A stretch of 64,000 bases of DNA from Minisyncoccia bacterium (GTDB lineage Bacteria > Patescibacteriota > Minisyncoccia > Phycocordibacterales > UBA918): NCBI GenBank assembly GCA_041750655.1, contig JBGSYZ010000013.1, forward strand, positions 4,769 to 68,768, written 5' to 3'. Both the position numbers and the translations under genes were made by a program. Below are positions 59,182-64,000 of this stretch, in pieces; position 1 is the first letter of the stretch; each line of letters starts with the position of its first letter. The notes beneath the pieces were generated by a model that was not told where the DNA came from, searched no databases, and saw only the letters and a program-made list of their open reading frames with translations.

Positions 59182-59376
59182 TTATTCACTAAATTTAAAT
59201 GTTGATTCTTCGGCTGGTTGTTGGCTGGGCTGGAGTTCTGGTCTGTCAGGTAAGATAATCGGACCAGGACTAGTGAAATCTAGATTAACAGAAATACCAA
59301 GGGCAGCCAGGACACCAAAAATTAACAGCACTAGTGCAATTACTATTCCTAAAACGAGTAGTGCTGTTTTAAGCAT
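59182..59376 (-). CDS. small membrane protein
   Basis: TATAAT 9 nt before ATG at 59376; N-terminal TM. Confidence 0.55.
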   Translation of the reverse strand: MLKTALLVLGIVIALVLLIFGVLAALGISVNLDFTSPGPIILPDRPELQPSQQPAEESTFKFSE

Positions 59377-59407
59377 GGTGTAATTATTATAACAACTCAA
59401 ATAGAGA

Positions 59408-60508
59408 CTACGAGTGCATAAATTCAATCACCTCTCCATCTTTAACAATGTATTCTTTTCCTTCAGTGCGCAAACGACCAGCATCACGAGTTTTGGCAGT
59501 GCCACCATACTGTACAAAGTCTTCGAAACTAATTACTTGAGCTCGAATATATTTATCTTTGAAATCAGTATGAATAGCTGCTCCTGCTTCTGGTCCAGTA
59601 GAACCTTCTTTGATAGTCCATGCTCGGGTTTCCTTCTCACCGGTAGTAAAAAAAGAAATAAGACCCAGTCGATCATAACAAGCGCGTATCAGAGAATTTA
59701 CACCAGAATCTAAGGTTCCATACTCGCGCCGAAATTCAATTTTTTCATCTTCTTCTAAATCTTTCAGTTCATGCTCAACGCCGGCATCAACCACCACGTA
59801 TTGAGCGTTGTTTTTTTCAAAAAATTCCAAAAGTTCATGCCAGCGTTCATCACTTTGGTCGTCGAGATTATATGACGTATTTTTTTTGTTACAGACATAA
59901 AGAACTGGCTTCATGGTAAGTAAGTGCATACTTGTGAGTATTTTAGATTCTTCTTTAGACAACTCTAACGAATGTGCCATCAATCCAGCACTTAGGTGAT
60001 GGCGAACCTTTTCCAGTACTTCTTTTTCTTCTAACGCCGATTTATCACCTCTTTTTATATCTTTTTCCAGATTTCCCAATCGTTTAACTATCGTTTCAGT
60101 GTCGGCCATTATTAATTCGAGATTTATGACCTCAATGTCTGATAAAGGATCAACGGCTCCGGCAACGTGGTGGATGTCTTCGTCATCAAAAATTCTTACC
60201 ACTTCTGCAATCATATCTACCTCACGGATATTGGCGAGGAACTTATTCCCTAAACCTTCGCCATCAGCGGCACCTTTCACGAGACCAGCGATATCTACAA
60301 ATTCGATGGCTGCTGGGATCACTTTTTCTGAACCAGATATTTCTGAGAGAGATTTAAGTCGTCCATCCGGCACACCCACTACACCCACTGCTGGGTCGAT
60401 GGTACAAAACGGATAGTTTTCGGCCGGTACAGCACTACGGGTCAATGCATTAAAAAGCGTGGATTTACCCACGTTTGGCAGACCAACAATTCCTACTGAA
60501 AGTGACAT
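59408..60508 (-). CDS. ychF: redox-regulated ATPase YchF
   Basis: GLPNVGKST, NYPFCTI, DIAGLV, GEGLGNKFL, TGS domain. Confidence 0.97.
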   Translation of the reverse strand: MSLSVGIVGLPNVGKSTLFNALTRSAVPAENYPFCTIDPAVGVVGVPDGRLKSLSEISGSEKVIPAAIEFVDIAGLVKGAADGEGLGNKFLANIREVDMIAEVVRIFDDEDIHHVAGAVDPLSDIEVINLELIMADTETIVKRLGNLEKDIKRGDKSALEEKEVLEKVRHHLSAGLMAHSLELSKEESKILTSMHLLTMKPVLYVCNKKNTSYNLDDQSDERWHELLEFFEKNNAQYVVVDAGVEHELKDLEEDEKIEFRREYGTLDSGVNSLIRACYDRLGLISFFTTGEKETRAWTIKEGSTGPEAGAAIHTDFKDKYIRAQVISFEDFVQYGGTAKTRDAGRLRTEGKEYIVKDGEVIEFMHS

Positions 60509-60614
60509 AATTTGAACAGCTTAACAGAATATTGAAAAAGAAAAAGCAGACATACTAAAGAGATCAAAATTTATCTAAATCTAGTACAACACAAATATGC
60601 TTTATGGGGTGAAC

Positions 60615-61202
60615 TTAGCAAGCGTTTTTACCAAGCGTCTCAATATCTTTAAGCCACTTTTCACGGCATATGCCATCAACTTTCTCGCACGGACCTAACG
60701 TTTTAACTTTGGTTTTAATGCCGGCAAAACCGAGAATCCCGTGCTGAATTTCATTAGTGAAATCACCGAACTGCCACCAAGTTTGAAACGCACTATGAGT
60801 ACCAGAAATCACAATTACTCTACCCGTCTTCCCCTTCAAGTGTTGGTCGATACGCTTTGTTTCTTTATTAAAATTAAAGGCAAATCCAGGCAGCCAAAAT
60901 CTATCAAAAAGACCTTTAAGGATTGCCGGCATGGTCACCCACCAGTTTGGGTAAATGATTACAATATGATCAGCCCAACGGAATTTTTCTTGTAGAGCAA
61001 TTAAATCTGGTTCTAAAGCTTGGATTTCTTTGTAGCCTTTATGAAGAATAGGGTCAAAATTTAAATCTCCGATATTAACTCGCACTACTGTGTGACCAGC
61101 ATCTTCGGCACCAACTTGATAGTGGTCGGCAACATAACCTGAAAATGTATCTGTATCTGGATGACCTAAAAGAACGAGGATATTTTTTGATGTAGTTGCC
61201 AT
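60615..61202 (-). CDS. NAD(P)H dehydrogenase (flavodoxin-2 family)
   Basis: GHP, YPNWW..PAILKGLFDR, LKGK. Confidence 0.9.
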   Translation of the reverse strand: MATTSKNILVLLGHPDTDTFSGYVADHYQVGAEDAGHTVVRVNIGDLNFDPILHKGYKEIQALEPDLIALQEKFRWADHIVIIYPNWWVTMPAILKGLFDRFWLPGFAFNFNKETKRIDQHLKGKTGRVIVISGTHSAFQTWWQFGDFTNEIQHGILGFAGIKTKVKTLGPCEKVDGICREKWLKDIETLGKNAC

Positions 61203-61268
61203 ATTTACTAAGTATACAAAGTGCGCGAGGCTTTGCCTCGCGCACCTGTTGAAATCTTTATTTTTAAA

Positions 61269-61580
61269 TTATCGTATTGAACCGTCTGCGTTGAATTTTC
61301 CAGCTGAACCTCCAGCCATTTGTGCCATCTTTTGCATCATTTCTGGGCCCATAGCTTCTTGTAATTCTTTCTGGTACTTAGGAAGTACTTTAGTTGCAGC
61401 AGCCATTTGATTGTTGCCGTTATTCTTCATTTCAGCTTGAATTTCTTTAGCAATCTTTTCCATAAGACCAGGGTTTTTTTCAACTAATCCCATTATCATG
61501 TCTTGTTGATCCTGCGGCACGTCTTTCATCTGCGATTGCAGTGCCTTTTTCATCGCAAATTGTTTTATTTTTCCAAACAT
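61269..61580 (-). CDS. Met/Gln-rich helical protein
   Basis: 103-aa ORF with NPGLM motif; TAGAAT 8 nt before ATG. Confidence 0.7.
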   Translation of the reverse strand: MFGKIKQFAMKKALQSQMKDVPQDQQDMIMGLVEKNPGLMEKIAKEIQAEMKNNGNNQMAAATKVLPKYQKELQEAMGPEMMQKMAQMAGGSAGKFNADGSIR

Positions 61581-61691
61581 AGTGCCCTATTCTAGCAAAC
61601 AAGCTGCTAGTCTCAAAACCAAGTTATTAAGCGTTTTTGCTTGACAAACAATGAAAATAGTGTAATGTCAAGCGGTCAAATATTACACATT

Positions 61692-63257
61692 ATGAAAATA
61701 CTTATCGCAGTCGCTACAGACATTTTAAATCAAATTAAAAGACTAAAACCAACAACTAAAAAAGGTTGGGTTATATTAGTAGTTAGTATTGTTTTATTGG
61801 GAATTGGAGCTAAAATTTTTATATTTACTGGTGATGAGGTGGTAGCTGAATCAGAAAATAAGCCTACTTTAGTCGAACTAGCTCCAGCTGCTAGTTATGC
61901 TTCAGCGAATTCTGTTTCTCTCGTCGGAACAGTCCGAGCTGTAAGCGAAGCTCAAATTCAAGCGGAACGAGGTGGCCGGGTTACTTCGGTACGTGTCAAA
62001 GCAGGCGACACTGTAGCAGCCGGTACCATAATTGCCACTTTAGAAAATGCCTCAGAATATGCCAGCTTACTACAAGCTGAAGGTGCGTATGAGGCGGCTC
62101 AAGCTGGTGCTGCACAAAGTAATGTTGGAGTTAATGAAACAGAAAACAATCTTAATCAAACATTAAAAAATGCAGAAAATACCTATCAAAGTGCCTATAC
62201 TACAATAAGTGATATGGTCTATAACTCCCTTGATACTTTTTATTCTAACCCTACTAATGGAATTATTGGTCTTAGAATTGATGGGGGTAGTAGTATTGGG
62301 TTCCTAAATTCGGAACGGGTAGCGTATAGATCATTGTTAAGTTCATGGCAAAGTAAAGCTGATACTCAATTTACAACTGCTAATTACAGTACCTTACTTT
62401 CTGAAGCAATAGCCAACGCAGAACGCACCAGAACTATTGTTGATTCACTGCTTTCTGAAATTAACGATGCAAATAACAATGAAACTTTAAATGGTACATT
62501 AGTATCAAACTACAGCACTGGTTTAAACGCTAACAGGGCAACTTTAAACACATTAATTTCTGCATTAACAAATGCAAAAACTTCTGTCGAAAATGCCCAG
62601 GAAGCATTAGCTCGGGCAGAAATTGGCGGTACTTCAAGTACAGTTTCTTCTGCCAATGCTCAAGTAAAACAAGCGCTGGGATCACTTCGTGCTGCGCAAG
62701 CAAACTACGAAAAAACAATACTTCGAACACCGATTGCGGGGACAGTTAACACACTTAAAGTAAATACTGGTGATTATCTTGCTCCGTCTACACAAGTGGC
62801 TGAAGTAGCTAATAACAAAGCACTAGAAATTTCAGTGTATGTCGGCGAATCCGATTTAGAGCTTGTTAAAGTTGGCGAAAAGGTAACTATAGGAGCTGGT
62901 ACTGAAGGAACAATTGTATCGGTAGCTCCAGGGATTGATTCGACGACCCAAAAAACTGAAGTAAAAATTGCCGCTGAAGATTCATCATTAACTAACGGTG
63001 ACACAGTAGTTGTACAACTTAAAATTGAGAATAAGAATATTGACTCTGCGTTACTCATTCCAATAACAGCCATTAAATTCACAGCTTCAGAAGGATCTGT
63101 TTTCACGATAGAAGATGGGCAATTAAAAACTGTACCGATTGAAGTTGGTGCCATACGAGGTAACCTAGTAGAAGTAGTTAGTGGGATCTCTGCTGATACT
63201 CTCATAGTAAAAGATGCACGCGGTCTATCAGAAGGTCAACATGTAACAACTGAATAA
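61692..63257 (+). CDS. RND efflux periplasmic adaptor (HlyD/MFP)
   Basis: TM, G.V..V.V..GD.V..G lipoyl halves, long coiled coil, TPIAGTV, IPITA. Confidence 0.9.
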   Translation: MKILIAVATDILNQIKRLKPTTKKGWVILVVSIVLLGIGAKIFIFTGDEVVAESENKPTLVELAPAASYASANSVSLVGTVRAVSEAQIQAERGGRVTSVRVKAGDTVAAGTIIATLENASEYASLLQAEGAYEAAQAGAAQSNVGVNETENNLNQTLKNAENTYQSAYTTISDMVYNSLDTFYSNPTNGIIGLRIDGGSSIGFLNSERVAYRSLLSSWQSKADTQFTTANYSTLLSEAIANAERTRTIVDSLLSEINDANNNETLNGTLVSNYSTGLNANRATLNTLISALTNAKTSVENAQEALARAEIGGTSSTVSSANAQVKQALGSLRAAQANYEKTILRTPIAGTVNTLKVNTGDYLAPSTQVAEVANNKALEISVYVGESDLELVKVGEKVTIGAGTEGTIVSVAPGIDSTTQKTEVKIAAEDSSLTNGDTVVVQLKIENKNIDSALLIPITAIKFTASEGSVFTIEDGQLKTVPIEVGAIRGNLVEVVSGISADTLIVKDARGLSEGQHVTTE

Positions 63258-63258
63258 T

Positions 63259-64000
63259 ATGTGGGAATTCTTCATAAAAAACAATAAATTCGCCTATCTC
63301 TTCTTGGCGGGACTAATTGGACTAGGTTCGTATAGTATTATCGCTATTCCCAAAGAGTCTGCTCCAGAAGTAGTAATTCCGGTTGGGGTTGTAAGTACTG
63401 TGTTGCCGGGCGCTCCAGCAGCAGATGTTGAGTCGTTAGTCACAAATGAAATTGAACGTGGCTTGTCATCGCTAGAAAATGTTAAAAAAATAACCTCTAC
63501 TTCACGTGAGAGTGTCTCCAGTGTAGTGGTAGAGTTTGAAGCAAGTGCTGATTTAGATAAATCTATACAGGATTTGAAAGATGAAGTTGATAACATTAAG
63601 AAAGATTTGCCGGCTGATGCTGAAGATCCATTTGTGTCTGAAGTAAATTTTGTTGATCAACCTATCCTAACCATTGCGATTTCTGGTGACTTAAGTGACC
63701 AAGCGTTTACTTCGTTAGCCAAATCTGTCGAAGATGAACTTGAGTCAGTCAGTGGTGTTTCTCGAGTGGAAAAAAGCGGCGTGCGTGATCGAGAAGTGAC
63801 AGTGATTGTAGATCAAACTGCTTTAGTAAGATTTGATTTGAGTCTAAATGAAATCACTAATGCCATTCGCAGTGCCAATTTGTCTTTCCCGATTGGTCAA
63901 ATCAAAAATGATGGAATTGCGTACAATGTTGCTTTTGAAGGTGACATTACTGATACATCCGAGATTGCTAACATCAGTGTTAAAACACTAGGTGGTCAAC
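63259..64000 (+). CDS. RND efflux permease (AcrB-like), 3'-truncated by window edge
   Basis: MWEFFIK...PKESAPEVVIP...PGA.AADVESLVTNEIE; frame open to the window end. Confidence 0.9.
   Translation, partial: MWEFFIKNNKFAYLFLAGLIGLGSYSIIAIPKESAPEVVIPVGVVSTVLPGAPAADVESLVTNEIERGLSSLENVKKITSTSRESVSSVVVEFEASADLDKSIQDLKDEVDNIKKDLPADAEDPFVSEVNFVDQPILTIAISGDLSDQAFTSLAKSVEDELESVSGVSRVEKSGVRDREVTVIVDQTALVRFDLSLNEITNAIRSANLSFPIGQIKNDGIAYNVAFEGDITDTSEIANISVKTLGGQ

Noticed and set aside
1-64000. Alternative genetic code (TGA = Gly)
   Set aside because: Conserved genes are full length under code 11 with no internal TGA

Overview
64 kb of a compact, AT-leaning bacterial chromosome. The gene repertoire (short AspS/AlaS, FtsA-like plus baseplate-J-like pair, DUF5671-like protein, sigma4-HTH fusion, no biosynthetic operons, TGA used as stop) suggests Patescibacteria/CPR, probably Parcubacteria; this is inference, not a database result. 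Most of the window is housekeeping: mraY-ftsW-murG-gltX, scpA/scpB, pepA, aspS/trpS, grpE-dnaK-dnaJ, infA-rpmJ-rpsM-rpsK-rpsD-rpoA-rplQ-rplM-rpsI, alaS, mnmA/mltG, leuS, ychF and an RND pump. No rRNA, tRNA, CRISPR array, integrase or transposase was seen. The most interesting items are: (1) an AT-rich islet with a membrane-sensor histidine kinase, a divergent L-arginine amidinotransferase and a convergent EamA/DMT transporter, a candidate guanidino-metabolite make/export/sense module; (2) a compact Asp T-box with an ultrashort Stem I upstream of aspS; (3) several independently promoted, structured orphan RNAs or mini-ORF cassettes with strong GGAGG sites, in a genome whose core genes look leaderless, including a ~430-nt GC-rich RNA splitting scpA from scpB; (4) structured 3'-elements, one of them flanked by a synonymously diverged duplicate of the host gene's 3' end. 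All RNA structures were read by eye and need folding and covariation tests.
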